Source: a virus | Lineage: Duplodnaviria; Caudoviricetes | Length of the DNA stretch: 57,942 nt | IMG/VR virus record: IMGVR_UViG_3300010398_000012 | Coordinates: 1 to 57,942 of that record | Strand: one strand, 5' to 3' | Shown: in pieces, positions 36,703 to 46,642 of the stretch | How the letters are laid out: each line of letters opens with the position of its first letter | Position numbering within the stretch: the stretch's first letter is position 1 | Position numbers and translations under genes: made by a program | Notes under the pieces: generated by a model | What the model was told of the DNA's origin: nothing | The model's database searches: none | The model's input: only the letters and a program-made list of their open reading frames with translations

Positions 36703-37595
36703 CGATCACCGGCATGTCGATCACCGACCCGGCCCAGGGGGTCACCTGGACGCTGATCCCGTCCGGTGATGTGAACGTGGCGGACTGGGACGTGGCCGCC
36801 GCGCCGCGTGAGGTGTCCTACCCGAACCCGGGCGCGGACGGCACCCGGGACAACAGCCAGTTCCTCGGGCAGGCCGCCGTCACCCTCTCCCTGGGGCTGG
36901 TCGGCAACATCGGTGCCCAGCTGGACCTGCTGTCGCTGCTCAACCACCCGTCCCGCCGCCCCTACCTGGTCATTGACGACGACGAATACCCGGGTGGGCC
37001 GCGTCAGATACAGCTGCGGTTCGCGTCCAAGCAGGGCCCGTATGAGGCGGCCACTTACCGGATCATGCAGCTCGGCTACGTCGGCCCTACCGGGGTGTGG
37101 GAGGACCAGCAGCCCACGGTGGCGGTGGTGCCCGGCGCGCAGCCCACCCTGGGCGGCCTGGCGGTCGGCTCCGCCGGGCTGGCCATCGGGTCGGCGGGGC
37201 TGGCCATCTCCTCCTCGGCGGCCGGGTCGGCGTCATCCATGCTGGTCTACGGCGGCGGGTCGGTGCCCCGGCCGTTCACCGCCCGGCTGTACGGCCCGTG
37301 CACCGGGCCGAAGCTGACGAACGACGCGCTGACTATCCCCGGGCAGCCGAACGGCAACCTGGTTTTCTTCGACACGCTGTCGATCGTCGCCGGCAACTAC
37401 GTGGAGGTGGACACCGGCGGCAAGACGGCGCTGCTCAACTCCGACCCGAACCAGTCCGTCGCCGGGGCGCTGGACTGGGCTAACTCGGACTGGTGGCTGC
37501 TCCAGCCGGGGCAGAACCTGGTCCGCTACCACCCCACGACGGCCGATGACGTGGTGACCGCCGTGCTCGCGTGGACGCCGGCCCGCACCCCGTGA
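36699..37595 (+). CDS. Distal tail protein (Dit-like)
   Basis: ATGA coupling to TMP; PGADG..D, LYGPCTGP, YVEVDT, WWLLQPGQN. Confidence 0.8.
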   Translation: MTITGMSITDPAQGVTWTLIPSGDVNVADWDVAAAPREVSYPNPGADGTRDNSQFLGQAAVTLSLGLVGNIGAQLDLLSLLNHPSRRPYLVIDDDEYPGGPRQIQLRFASKQGPYEAATYRIMQLGYVGPTGVWEDQQPTVAVVPGAQPTLGGLAVGSAGLAIGSAGLAISSSAAGSASSMLVYGGGSVPRPFTARLYGPCTGPKLTNDALTIPGQPNGNLVFFDTLSIVAGNYVEVDTGGKTALLNSDPNQSVAGALDWANSDWWLLQPGQNLVRYHPTTADDVVTAVLAWTPARTP

Positions 37596-37614
37596 CACCC
37601 CGGGAGGGAACCTG

Positions 37615-38616
37615 ATGGCCAATCACACTCCGTTCCCGATCAGTGTCCTGCCTGGCGACACCCCCGATCCGGAGCTGTACACCGGGGAGGAGCTGCGCCA
37701 GTGGGTGCGGTCGCTGGCGGAGCTGTCCCACGGGTTCATCGGGTCGCGGACCGGCGTGCAGGGGGCCACCGCGTGCAAGGTGCAGCAGCGCGGTGCCGGG
37801 CCGACGATGAGCGTGGACATTCTCTCCGGGCGGCTGTTCGTCTACGGCGGCGACTCCTCCAACCAGGGGGTGTACTGGGCGTGGTCGGACACCACCCAGA
37901 ACATCGCGGTGCCGGTCACGCCGTCCGGGACCCGCACCCACCGGATCGCCGCGCAGCTGCGGGACCGGTCGGAGAACGGTTCGTGGTCGGACTACGGGTG
38001 GCAGCCGGTCCTGCTGGCCGACACCGGGTCGGGCACGCCGGCGCTGCCAGCGACGTATTGCAACCTGGCGCTGGTGCAGGTCGCCTCCACCGATGTGTCC
38101 GTGGCGAACGCGGCGATCACCGACCTGCGGGAGGTGTATTCGCGGTGGACGCAGGTGTCGCGGGCCACCGACTCCGCAGCGCGGAACTCCACCACCAGCC
38201 TGACCGACGATGACACCCTGGTCGTGTCGAACCTGGCGGTGGGCACGCATAAGGTGCGCTGCCAAGTGTTCTACCACGCCGGGTCGTCGGGGAATATGCG
38301 GTGGGCGTTCCGGGTGCCGCCCGGTGCCACCGGCGCGTACGACGCGTCGCGGTACGACGGGGCCGGGAACTATCTGCCGGTCGGCCGGTCGGCGTGGGGT
38401 GACGCCCACCAGGCGGACGGGCAGGGCACGACCAAGCCGACGAACTCCCTGTCGATCCTGATCGAGGGCACCCTCACCGTTCCCGCCACCGAGTCTGTGG
38501 TATCCGGCGGCGGCGGCCTGCGGCAGCTCGCGTTCCAGTGGGCGCAGTGGAGCAGCGCGTCGATCGGTGCCACCGTCGAGGATTTCTCCTCGCTGGTCAC
38601 CGAGCGGATCGGCTGA
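37615..38616 (+). CDS. Minor tail protein
   Basis: VQQRGAG..MSVD...QG.Y...R...I..Q.RD...P.LP...LA.V.V...I.DLR; LTDD..L...FQWAQ. Confidence 0.8.
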   Translation: MANHTPFPISVLPGDTPDPELYTGEELRQWVRSLAELSHGFIGSRTGVQGATACKVQQRGAGPTMSVDILSGRLFVYGGDSSNQGVYWAWSDTTQNIAVPVTPSGTRTHRIAAQLRDRSENGSWSDYGWQPVLLADTGSGTPALPATYCNLALVQVASTDVSVANAAITDLREVYSRWTQVSRATDSAARNSTTSLTDDDTLVVSNLAVGTHKVRCQVFYHAGSSGNMRWAFRVPPGATGAYDASRYDGAGNYLPVGRSAWGDAHQADGQGTTKPTNSLSILIEGTLTVPATESVVSGGGGLRQLAFQWAQWSSASIGATVEDFSSLVTERIG

Positions 38617-38620
38617 GCCG

Positions 38621-41600
38621 GTGGCCCCGACCTGGCAGGCCGTGGGGATCTGCGACGGCGGCTGCGGCCAGGTGCTCGGGCTGTCGGCGGACCGGCAGAC
38701 GCTGGTGCACTACGGCGACACCCACGGCGCGTACATGTCGTGCAAGCGGTGGTCCGGCGTGGCCGAGTTCATGGACCAGTGGCAGTCGATCGGCACCGGC
38801 CTGGGCGCCAAGGACAAATACCGGCAGGGCGTGGCGGTGATCGAGTCCACCGTGCTGGCGGGGACGTGGTTCGCGCTGACCGGCGACGCGGTGGCCAACG
38901 CCGCCGCGACCGGCGGCGGGGTGCTGGGGTTCGTGGAGGCGACCGGGCCGCGTGGCGGCGGCGAGGGCGGCAAGTGGACGCTGCGGTCGTCGGCGCTGAT
39001 GGGCGCGGGCAACCACAACGCGGCACCGCTGGACTCGGCGTGGCGGTGCACCGGGCACCTGCTGGTGATGGAGCCGAACCAGTCGCCGGGCACTACGTAC
39101 CTGTGGGGCGGCGGCCACGGCACCGGGATTCAGCGGGCCGCGTGCACCGGCGTGGCCGGCGACGCCACGACGTGGGTGCGGTGCCAGATCGCCGGGTCCG
39201 CCACCGGCCTGTCCTATGTGCGGTCGCTGGCCATCGACCCGGGGGCGCTGACCCACGTGTACGCGTCGGTGCTGTCGTCGGCGGGGGCGTTCCTGGGCGT
39301 GCACCAATCCACCAACGCGCACGCCACCACGCCGAACTTCACCAAGCTGGCCAATCAGCCGACCGGGAACGTGCACGACCTGTTCCCGGTCGGCGGGTTC
39401 CTGTACGCGGCGTGCGGCTCTGGCGGCCTGTGGCGGATGGACTTGGGCGCGCTGACCTGGGCGAACTGCAACGGGTCGTTCATCCCCGGGTCCCCGAACT
39501 TGTGGACGGCCGTGTCGGGGTATGTGGACGGCTCGGGGAACCACGTCATCTGGCTGGGCAATTTCAACCCGGGGCACAACTCCCCGGCGACCGCCAACCA
39601 TGACGGCTGCTGGGTGTCGGCCACCATCCCCTCCACCTGGCCGGGGTCGGGGTCGATCACCTACGCCGACCTGCCCGCCGTCACCCATGGCACCGTCCCG
39701 GTCCCCGGCGGCACCCGGACGTTCTGGCGCACCCAGGCGGCGTGGAACGGCGGCACCGGCCACTTCGCCCCGTTCATGCTCATCGACGCCTCCAGCCTGG
39801 CGGCGGTGAAGCTGTATGAGACCGGCGCGGCCGGGCCGACCCGGCGGGTTAACGCCACCGAGGGCTGGACGATCGCCTACAACGGGTACCCGGCGTTCCT
39901 GGGGCACCCGGTGTGGGCGTCCAAGGCCACCGCCGGGCTCGGCGCGCAGGGCGACTCCGACTGGGGGTGGATCTGGTGGTCTACCCCGTCGAGCGGGCCC
40001 GGCGCGGGCTACCCGGCGTGGGACGCGTCCTCCACCAAGAACCAGACCGACACCCCGCCCGGCGGCCCGGAATGCTGGGCCATCGCCGGCGACTACTACG
40101 ACGATGAGGTATTCGCGGGCACCGGCGCCAAATACTCGGGCACCGCCTCGGGCGGCCTGGGCCGGCGTGCCGGGAACTCCCCCGGCACCGCCAACTGGAC
40201 CTCCATCTACGACTCCACCGACTGGGCCGGCGGGGTGCCGTTGGGTGTGTGTGTCGCCCGCGACGGGGCCCACGACGCCACCGGAAACAAGATCGTCATC
40301 GCGGCGGTCGGCGGCGGTCACGGCATCTGGCGGCGGTCGGACGCCGGCGGCGGCTGGTCCCAGGTGGACAACGCCGGCGGGGAAGGGCACTGGGGGCCGA
40401 CCGGTGCCAACCGGATGCCGATCGACTGGCAGCCCGGCACCGGGGACATGGTCGCCTACGACGGCAACAACGGTGTGTTCTACTCCACCGACACCGGCCA
40501 GCACTGGTACCTGTTGTGGGGCAACACGCAGACCGGGGCCAGGTTCATGGCCCGGTTCCATCCCTCGCACCGGGGCGAGGTGTGGGTGTCCAACAACAGC
40601 GGCGTGTTCAAGATCACCAACGCGCATACCGGGGCGGTAGGGTCCGGGGCGACGGTGTCGGCGGCCTACCCGGTGGCTAACAACGGGCCGCTGCGCTGGG
40701 CCAAGGCCGGGCTGATCCACCCGACCAACCCGGTGCTGGTGGTCGCCCAGGACGACACCGGCAACGGCGGCGGGGTGCTGTACACCGCCGATGGCGGTGC
40801 CACCTGGCTGAACGGCAGCGCGGACAAGTCGTTCGGCCAGGTCAATTTCGGCTGCGAAGACATGGACATCGACGGGCAGACCGGCGTCGTGTACGTCTCG
40901 GGGTCCAACGTGGTGGCGTTCGGCACCATCGCCGCCACGCCCACGGTGCCCAGCAGCGGCGCGTTCACCGAGCGGCAGCAGTCGCTGAACTTCTCCGGTG
41001 CCGCCGGGACGATCAGCTTGTGGAACAACCAGGCGTCGCCGCCCTCGGGCGGCGCGGCGACCCTGGCCGGGTCGGCGCTGTTCTGTGAGATGCAGATGGG
41101 CGACTGCGCGATGACCGTGACCCCGGCGGACTCCAACTGGGTCCTGGTCGCGGAGGGGAAGCCGGGCAGCAGCGCCGGGCAGGCCCGGGTGCAGCTGTGG
41201 GCCTACCTGAATGCCCCCGGCGGCCTGTACGGTGACGCCGCCCACCTGGCCACGTGGACCTACTCCACCAGCGGCGCGGTGATCAAGGGGAAGCTGTATG
41301 AGGAGACGACCCCGGCCGGGACGCTCCAGTTCACCGACGCCACCGGCGGCGGCGGCGCCATCGCCTCCCCATCGTCGCCGGCGGCGCTGTCGCAGGCGTG
41401 CACGGCCGCGAACTCCTACCAGGGTGGCCTGCTCCGGGCCATGTTCGGGGTGGTGTCGTCGGCGGCGCTGTCGGGGCAGTCGTGGGCGCCGGGCAGCGGG
41501 TGGAGCGCGGACGGGGTCATATCGAACCTGACCAACACGTTCCAGGGGCTGCGCGGCACCAGCGCGGCCGGGACGGCCACCGCATCGGACACGGTGACGT

Positions 41601-42235
41601 GGACCGGCGGCGGGCCGGTGACCTCGTGGGCGGCGGCGGTGGCGTCGTTCTACGCGATACCCGGGTCCCCGCCTACGGTCACCACCACCAGCGCGCCCAA
41701 CGGGGCCCTCGGCCAGCCGTATTCGTTGCAGCTCACCGAGACCGGCGGGCAGGGCCCGTTCACCTGGTCGGCCACCGGGCTGCCGCCGGGCCTGACGCTG
41801 AACGCCGCCACGGGGCTGATCAGCGGCATCCCGTCCGGGTCCGGGGGGACCTACCCGGTGACCGTGACGGTCACCGACGCGCTGGCCCAGTCCGACTCGC
41901 AGGCGCTGACCATCACGGTGCCGGCGGTGGCGATCAGCGTCCACGTCACCACCGGGGGGCTGCCGCCGGGCACCGAGGGGGCCGCCTACCAGCTCACCCT
42001 GACCGCGTCCGGGGGGAAGCCGCCGGACACGTGGACGATCACCGGGCTGCCGCCGGGCCTGACCTACGACAGTGCCACGGGGATCATCAGCGGCACCCCA
42101 GCGGCCGGGTCGCACGGCGACTGGCCGGTGACGATCAGCGTCACCGACACCGCCGGGGCGGTCAGTGGGTTGCTCGATGAGGCACTGGCGGCCATCACCG
42201 ACGAAGCTGGAGGGACCGTCGATGACGAAAATTAG
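38621..42235 (+). CDS. Large tail protein: Asp-box beta-propeller, fibre module and two putative Ig (He_PIG-like) domains
   Basis: RRSDAGGGW, YSTDTGQHW, YTADGGATW; two copies of GG..P.TW..TGLPPGLT....TG.ISG.P; acidic C-terminal tail. Confidence 0.8.
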   Translation: MAPTWQAVGICDGGCGQVLGLSADRQTLVHYGDTHGAYMSCKRWSGVAEFMDQWQSIGTGLGAKDKYRQGVAVIESTVLAGTWFALTGDAVANAAATGGGVLGFVEATGPRGGGEGGKWTLRSSALMGAGNHNAAPLDSAWRCTGHLLVMEPNQSPGTTYLWGGGHGTGIQRAACTGVAGDATTWVRCQIAGSATGLSYVRSLAIDPGALTHVYASVLSSAGAFLGVHQSTNAHATTPNFTKLANQPTGNVHDLFPVGGFLYAACGSGGLWRMDLGALTWANCNGSFIPGSPNLWTAVSGYVDGSGNHVIWLGNFNPGHNSPATANHDGCWVSATIPSTWPGSGSITYADLPAVTHGTVPVPGGTRTFWRTQAAWNGGTGHFAPFMLIDASSLAAVKLYETGAAGPTRRVNATEGWTIAYNGYPAFLGHPVWASKATAGLGAQGDSDWGWIWWSTPSSGPGAGYPAWDASSTKNQTDTPPGGPECWAIAGDYYDDEVFAGTGAKYSGTASGGLGRRAGNSPGTANWTSIYDSTDWAGGVPLGVCVARDGAHDATGNKIVIAAVGGGHGIWRRSDAGGGWSQVDNAGGEGHWGPTGANRMPIDWQPGTGDMVAYDGNNGVFYSTDTGQHWYLLWGNTQTGARFMARFHPSHRGEVWVSNNSGVFKITNAHTGAVGSGATVSAAYPVANNGPLRWAKAGLIHPTNPVLVVAQDDTGNGGGVLYTADGGATWLNGSADKSFGQVNFGCEDMDIDGQTGVVYVSGSNVVAFGTIAATPTVPSSGAFTERQQSLNFSGAAGTISLWNNQASPPSGGAATLAGSALFCEMQMGDCAMTVTPADSNWVLVAEGKPGSSAGQARVQLWAYLNAPGGLYGDAAHLATWTYSTSGAVIKGKLYEETTPAGTLQFTDATGGGGAIASPSSPAALSQACTAANSYQGGLLRAMFGVVSSAALSGQSWAPGSGWSADGVISNLTNTFQGLRGTSAAGTATASDTVTWTGGGPVTSWAAAVASFYAIPGSPPTVTTTSAPNGALGQPYSLQLTETGGQGPFTWSATGLPPGLTLNAATGLISGIPSGSGGTYPVTVTVTDALAQSDSQALTITVPAVAISVHVTTGGLPPGTEGAAYQLTLTASGGKPPDTWTITGLPPGLTYDSATGIISGTPAAGSHGDWPVTISVTDTAGAVSGLLDEALAAITDEAGGTVDDEN

Positions 42236-43637
42236 CGGCTACGGCGCGCTCACGGCGCTCTCCTACAGCGACCTGCTGCCGCTCGTGGACGTGTCCGATA
42301 CGACCATGGCCGCGTCCGGCACCACCAAAAAAGTCACCGCCGCCGCGCTGCGCGGCATCCTCATGCCCTCCGGGGTGGACGACACCACCGCGATCAACAC
42401 GGCGATGGCCGCCGGGATGGGGCCGGTGCTGCTGGGCCCCGGCACGTTCACCGCGCACCTGTCCCCCACGTCGTTCACCCGCATCCTGGGCATGGGTGCC
42501 GGCATCACCACCCTGCAAAACACCGCCGGGCAGCCGCTGTTCTCCATGGACACCGTCGCCGCCGGCAAGATTGACATGTTTGAGCTGGCCTACATGACGG
42601 TCAACGTCACCGGCGCGGACATGTTCTACGGTGCCAACATCGTCCGGTCCAGCGTGCATCACTGCTGGCTGATCCAAAACAGCACCGCGAACGCGATCTG
42701 GAACTGCTCCGCCACCACCGGGCAGGGCACCACCTATATGGCGGAGTGCGAGTTTTTCGCCAACCGGGAGTACGTGCTGGGGACGCCGCGCACGATCGAG
42801 GCGTGGCACCTGGACATGCAGGGCCCCAACAACGCCAACGACAATTCGTGGCGGCGGTCCACCCTGTACAACCAGGGCCACGACACCGCGATGTACCACT
42901 ACCGGATGATCGGCAACGCCGGGTCGTCGGCGGCGTCGCGGGCCAACGAGTGGTTCAAGCTGTGTTTCGAGTACCCCACCGGCGGGATGATCCGGCTGGA
43001 GGGCGTCACCGACGCGACGATCGACCGGTGCACGAATGAAGACCTGGCCGCGCTAACGGTCACCACGAACCCGCTGATCTCGCTCGGCGTGTCGGCGGGC
43101 GGGGCCGCCTGCTCCAATATCAAGATCGACGGGTACATGCGGCGCGGCGGCAGCAACGTCACCACTGACATTGGCGCTGATTCCTCTGCGGTCAACGGCA
43201 TCGACATCGTCAACGCCACCCAGGACGCCGGCGGCGCGGCGCTGGCGATCAACCTGAACGGGGCGACCAGTCAGTCCGTGCGCGGTATCGGCGGCTCGGG
43301 CGTCTCCAACCTCGGCTCCACCGCTGGCACCTCCACCCGCTCGCTGGCCGCTGACGGGCTCACCGGGTCCGCGCAGACCCTCGCCACCGGCAACACCATC
43401 ACTATCGCCAACCCGGTGAACCGGGTGTCCAACTCCGGGGCGGTGACCGGGATCATCTTGACCCCGGGGATCGTCGGCGGCCAGGAGGTGTGCGTCCTCA
43501 ACCAGGGGACCGGCAGCGTGACCATGGCCGCGTCCGGTACCTCCAACGTCGCTAACGGCACCGGCTGCGTGATTGCGGCCAACACGGGGCTGACGTTCCG
43601 GTGGAACTCCGGGCAGTCGCTCTGGTACCAGGTCTGA
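42222..43637 (+). CDS. Tailspike-like right-handed beta-helix protein (putative depolymerase)
   Basis: N-terminal KISGY.ALT...DVSDTTMAASGTTKKVT; SGVDDTTAINTA...VLLGPGTF pectate-lyase-like cap; Asn-rich repeats. Confidence 0.75.
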   Translation: MTKISGYGALTALSYSDLLPLVDVSDTTMAASGTTKKVTAAALRGILMPSGVDDTTAINTAMAAGMGPVLLGPGTFTAHLSPTSFTRILGMGAGITTLQNTAGQPLFSMDTVAAGKIDMFELAYMTVNVTGADMFYGANIVRSSVHHCWLIQNSTANAIWNCSATTGQGTTYMAECEFFANREYVLGTPRTIEAWHLDMQGPNNANDNSWRRSTLYNQGHDTAMYHYRMIGNAGSSAASRANEWFKLCFEYPTGGMIRLEGVTDATIDRCTNEDLAALTVTTNPLISLGVSAGGAACSNIKIDGYMRRGGSNVTTDIGADSSAVNGIDIVNATQDAGGAALAINLNGATSQSVRGIGGSGVSNLGSTAGTSTRSLAADGLTGSAQTLATGNTITIANPVNRVSNSGAVTGIILTPGIVGGQEVCVLNQGTGSVTMAASGTSNVANGTGCVIAANTGLTFRWNSGQSLWYQV

Positions 43638-43650
43638 CGGGGGGCGTGCC

Positions 43651-44850
43651 GTGGCCACTGACACCGTCACGCTGACCCTCACCATCCTGGAACCCCCCCC
43701 GCCGCCGCCGGCGCCGGCGCCGCAAAAGGTGGTCTACCAGCTCACCCTCTCCCCCTGCTCCACCGCCGGGGCGTACGCGCCGGCGAACCTGGGCAACGCC
43801 CAGCAGCGGGCGTTCACGTTCCGCGCCGGGGACCCGTCGCAGTTCCACGAGGCGTCATTCACGATCGACGGCCGCGACCCGCAGCAGCCGGTCTGGGAAG
43901 ACCTGTCGGCGGACCTGCGGATCTACCGCAACGGGGTGATGCTGCCGGCGGTGTTCCGCCTCGGCCCGACCGACGATGAGATCACCGAGGACCAGCACAC
44001 CTGCCAGGTCACCGGCTACGACTACAAGGCGCTGCTGGGCCGGCGGATGCTGCACTCCGGGGACGCCCACCTGTCCTGGACTTCCACCGACGTGGCCACG
44101 ATCGCCTGGAACCTGGTGCAGGACACCCAGGGGCACCCGGGCGGCAAGCTGGGCCTGGGCCGGGGCCCCGGCTCGGGGGGCACTGGGCAGACGGTCACGG
44201 TCACCTACCCGGCCGGGGACATGATCGCGGACAAGATCACCGAGCTGGCCGGCACCGAACCGGGGTTCGACTGGGACATTCTGTGGAACTCCGAGAATGA
44301 CCCGGTGCTGGCGATCTGGCCCGCCGGGCGGGGCTCGGACAAGGGTGTCACCCTGGAGGCCGGCGGCGGCCTGGTGCAGCAGATCTCCCGGATCGTGGAC
44401 CCCGCGTCGTATGGCAACTGCGGGCTGATCACCGGCGACACAACGGTCACCTTGACCGCGCAGGACGTGGACGCCGGCGACATCGCCACCCGCCCGGAGG
44501 GCCGGTGGGAGTTCACCCAGTCCACCTCCGCGACCACCCAGGCGCACCTGAACGCGCTGGCCCCGTGGTGGCTGGCCCGGTATGAGGTGCTGTCCCCGGG
44601 GTATGCGGTGACGTTGCAGCAGGGCGCGTGGGGCGGCCCGGACCATGTGTGGATCGGGGACACGGTGCGGCTGCGGATCCGGTCGGGGCGGCTGAACGTG
44701 GACACCCAGTATCCGGTGACCGAGATCACCATGACCCCGGGGCCGGACAACGATGAGACGGTGGTGCTCGGCCTGGGCTGGATTCCGCCGGCGGAGGGGA
44801 AGCGGATCCGGGACGTGCTGCGCCGCCTGGACCGGCTGGAGAGGCGGTGA
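43651..44850 (+). CDS. Minor tail/baseplate hub protein (ReqiPepy6 Gp37-like)
   Basis: ASFTIDG, DLRIYRNG, DYKALL.RR, GFDWDI, RG.D.G..L, GRWE, IGDTV...SGRL, L.RL.RLER. Confidence 0.78.
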   Translation: MATDTVTLTLTILEPPPPPPAPAPQKVVYQLTLSPCSTAGAYAPANLGNAQQRAFTFRAGDPSQFHEASFTIDGRDPQQPVWEDLSADLRIYRNGVMLPAVFRLGPTDDEITEDQHTCQVTGYDYKALLGRRMLHSGDAHLSWTSTDVATIAWNLVQDTQGHPGGKLGLGRGPGSGGTGQTVTVTYPAGDMIADKITELAGTEPGFDWDILWNSENDPVLAIWPAGRGSDKGVTLEAGGGLVQQISRIVDPASYGNCGLITGDTTVTLTAQDVDAGDIATRPEGRWEFTQSTSATTQAHLNALAPWWLARYEVLSPGYAVTLQQGAWGGPDHVWIGDTVRLRIRSGRLNVDTQYPVTEITMTPGPDNDETVVLGLGWIPPAEGKRIRDVLRRLDRLERR

Positions 44851-45132
44851 GTGGTGGCCGAATATGACATGTCCCTGATCACCGGGATCTACTTCGCCGG
44901 CGTGTGGCACAACGTCGATCCGGGGTCCATCTCGGTAGATCAGGCGGCGGTGTTCAACGACGTGCTCGGTGGCACGGCCGCGCCCGGCGGGGTCTGGTTC
45001 GCTTTCAATGAAACCGTGGTGAACCCGGTCAATAACACGCAGCAGACGACCCGGTACATGGGGATGCTCGCGGACATGGGCGGGGCGCGGACGGTGTTCC
45101 CCTCCGAGCCGGTGCCGCCGCCGGGGCCGTAA
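44851..45132 (+). CDS. Hypothetical protein
   Basis: Abuts the previous stop; I..IYFAG.WH.V..GS...D. Confidence 0.6.
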   Translation: MVAEYDMSLITGIYFAGVWHNVDPGSISVDQAAVFNDVLGGTAAPGGVWFAFNETVVNPVNNTQQTTRYMGMLADMGGARTVFPSEPVPPPGP

Positions 45133-45359
45133 CCGCCGCCGGGCCACATGCTCGTGGTGGTAGCTGCGGCCCCGGAAATGCCGCCGCTGGGTGGTGCCCA
45201 GGACGATCTTGTACAGGCACCGCTGCGGCCCGCCCCAGTACGTGTAGTTGCGGGCGCCGGTCACGGCGGGCTGGCACAGCGTGCAGCACCACCGCCAGAA
45301 CGGCGGGTCGCGCCACACGTGGAACGTGGGCGGGTGCTCCCGGCCGCACCGGCATCCGG

Positions 45360-45560
45360 TTACCGGCATGGGCAGCCGGGCGCCAGCAGGTCGTGCACGG
45401 CGGCCAGGGTGGCGGCCAGCTCGGCCGCGCCGGGCACGGGCGGGTCCCCGGCCTGCCGGTGCTGGCCCATCCATCCGCGAACGGCGGCGAGGGCGGCGGG
45501 GCTGGCGGTGGCCACGTGGACCAGCAGCCCGGCCCACCGGCCCGCCTCATCCCTGTCCAC
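45360..45560 (-). CDS. Small antisense hypothetical protein
   Basis: Natural composition; fills the gap between tail and lysis genes. Confidence 0.45.
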   Translation of the reverse strand: MDRDEAGRWAGLLVHVATASPAALAAVRGWMGQHRQAGDPPVPGAAELAATLAAVHDLLAPGCPCR

Positions 45561-45575
45561 GCGAGGAGGTTACGC

Positions 45576-45890
45576 ATGGCTGGCGCTATCGAGCAAAAGG
45601 CCGTGGCGGCGCCGGCGGTGACGCTGGTAGCCGGATACCTGTCGGCGGTGCTGATCTCGGCGGTGCCGTGGCTGCACGATCACCTGACCGCCGACCAGCA
45701 GCAGAACCTGCCCATCGTGATCGCGTTCATCCTGTCCGGGGTGGCGGCGTACGTGGTGCCGCATACCCACCGCCCGGACCTGGCGCCGGTCGTGGCGCCG
45801 CCGCCGCCCCGGGTCCTGCCGTCGCGGCCCGTACCCCCGCCCGCACCGCCCGCACCCCCGCCGCCGCCGGATGAGGAGGAACACGCATGA
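45576..45890 (+). CDS. Probable holin (2 TM, Pro-rich tail)
   Basis: GAGGAGG RBS; IEQKAVAA..., second TM ending AAYVVPHT; upstream of lysins. Confidence 0.75.
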   Translation: MAGAIEQKAVAAPAVTLVAGYLSAVLISAVPWLHDHLTADQQQNLPIVIAFILSGVAAYVVPHTHRPDLAPVVAPPPPRVLPSRPVPPPAPPAPPPPPDEEEHA

Positions 45891-46138
45891 CGACTGAGGA
45901 CCAGGGGCCGCCGCCCAAGGTGGAACCGATCGCCACCGCGTACGCGTGGCTGGCGCACGTCCAGGAAGTGGTGGAGCAGGCCATGGCGCACGTGGCCGTG
46001 CTGGTGCCCGAGCACGACCAAGACCAGGCCCTCGGGCAGGTGCGCGCGAGGACCGCCGCGCATGTTCACGGCCACGGCGACGCCCCGGCGCAGCGGTCCG
46101 GGCACCCGGAAGGCTACGACCCGGAGGAGGGGCCGTGA
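45887..46138 (+). CDS. Hypothetical protein
   Basis: ATGA/GTGA coupling inside the lysis cassette. Confidence 0.6.
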   Translation: MTTEDQGPPPKVEPIATAYAWLAHVQEVVEQAMAHVAVLVPEHDQDQALGQVRARTAAHVHGHGDAPAQRSGHPEGYDPEEGP

Positions 46139-46629
46139 GGTGGGCGGGGGCGCACTGGCGGCCGATCGGGGTCAACCAGTCGGCCGGCACGGCGGAGCCG
46201 AACCGGCTGATGATCTGCCACATCATGCAAGGCACCCTGGCAGGGGTGGACCGGCTGTTCCGCGACCCGTCCGCCCAGCGCAGCTCACACTTTGGCGTCG
46301 GCAACGACGGCACCTGCTACCAGTGGGTGGACACCGACCGCATGTCGTGGGCGAACTGTGACGCCAACGGGTTCTCGGTGACGGTGGAAACCGAGGGGTT
46401 CGTGCCCGCGCCGTGGACCGCCGCCCAGGTGGACACGCTGGGGCGGCTGTTCCGCTGGGTGCACCGCAACTACCCGGCGGTGGCGTTGTGGCTGAACACC
46501 AACCCGGCCACCGGGTCCGGGCTGTCCTACCACGGCCTGGGCGGGGACGCCTGGTGCGGCCACCCTGGCTGCCCCGGCCCGGCGCGGGTCAAGCAGCTCG
46601 GCGCGGTGCTCGCCCGCGCCCAGCAGTGA
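46135..46629 (+). CDS. N-acetylmuramoyl-L-alanine amidase (Amidase_2), catalytic domain only
   Basis: ICHIMQG, SSHFGV, QWVD...SWA..N..SVTVETEG, YH...CPG. Confidence 0.88.
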   Translation: MRWAGAHWRPIGVNQSAGTAEPNRLMICHIMQGTLAGVDRLFRDPSAQRSSHFGVGNDGTCYQWVDTDRMSWANCDANGFSVTVETEGFVPAPWTAAQVDTLGRLFRWVHRNYPAVALWLNTNPATGSGLSYHGLGGDAWCGHPGCPGPARVKQLGAVLARAQQ

Positions 46630-46642
46630 GAGGAGGCACCTC

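Noticed and set aside
1778-45537. Many very long antisense or alternative-frame ORFs (e.g. 1778..4336, 8827..11247, 25183..28779, 33685..36030, 38597..42115)
   Set aside because: Arg/Pro/His-rich shadows of real genes, expected at this GC content; no RBS or recognisable motifs.
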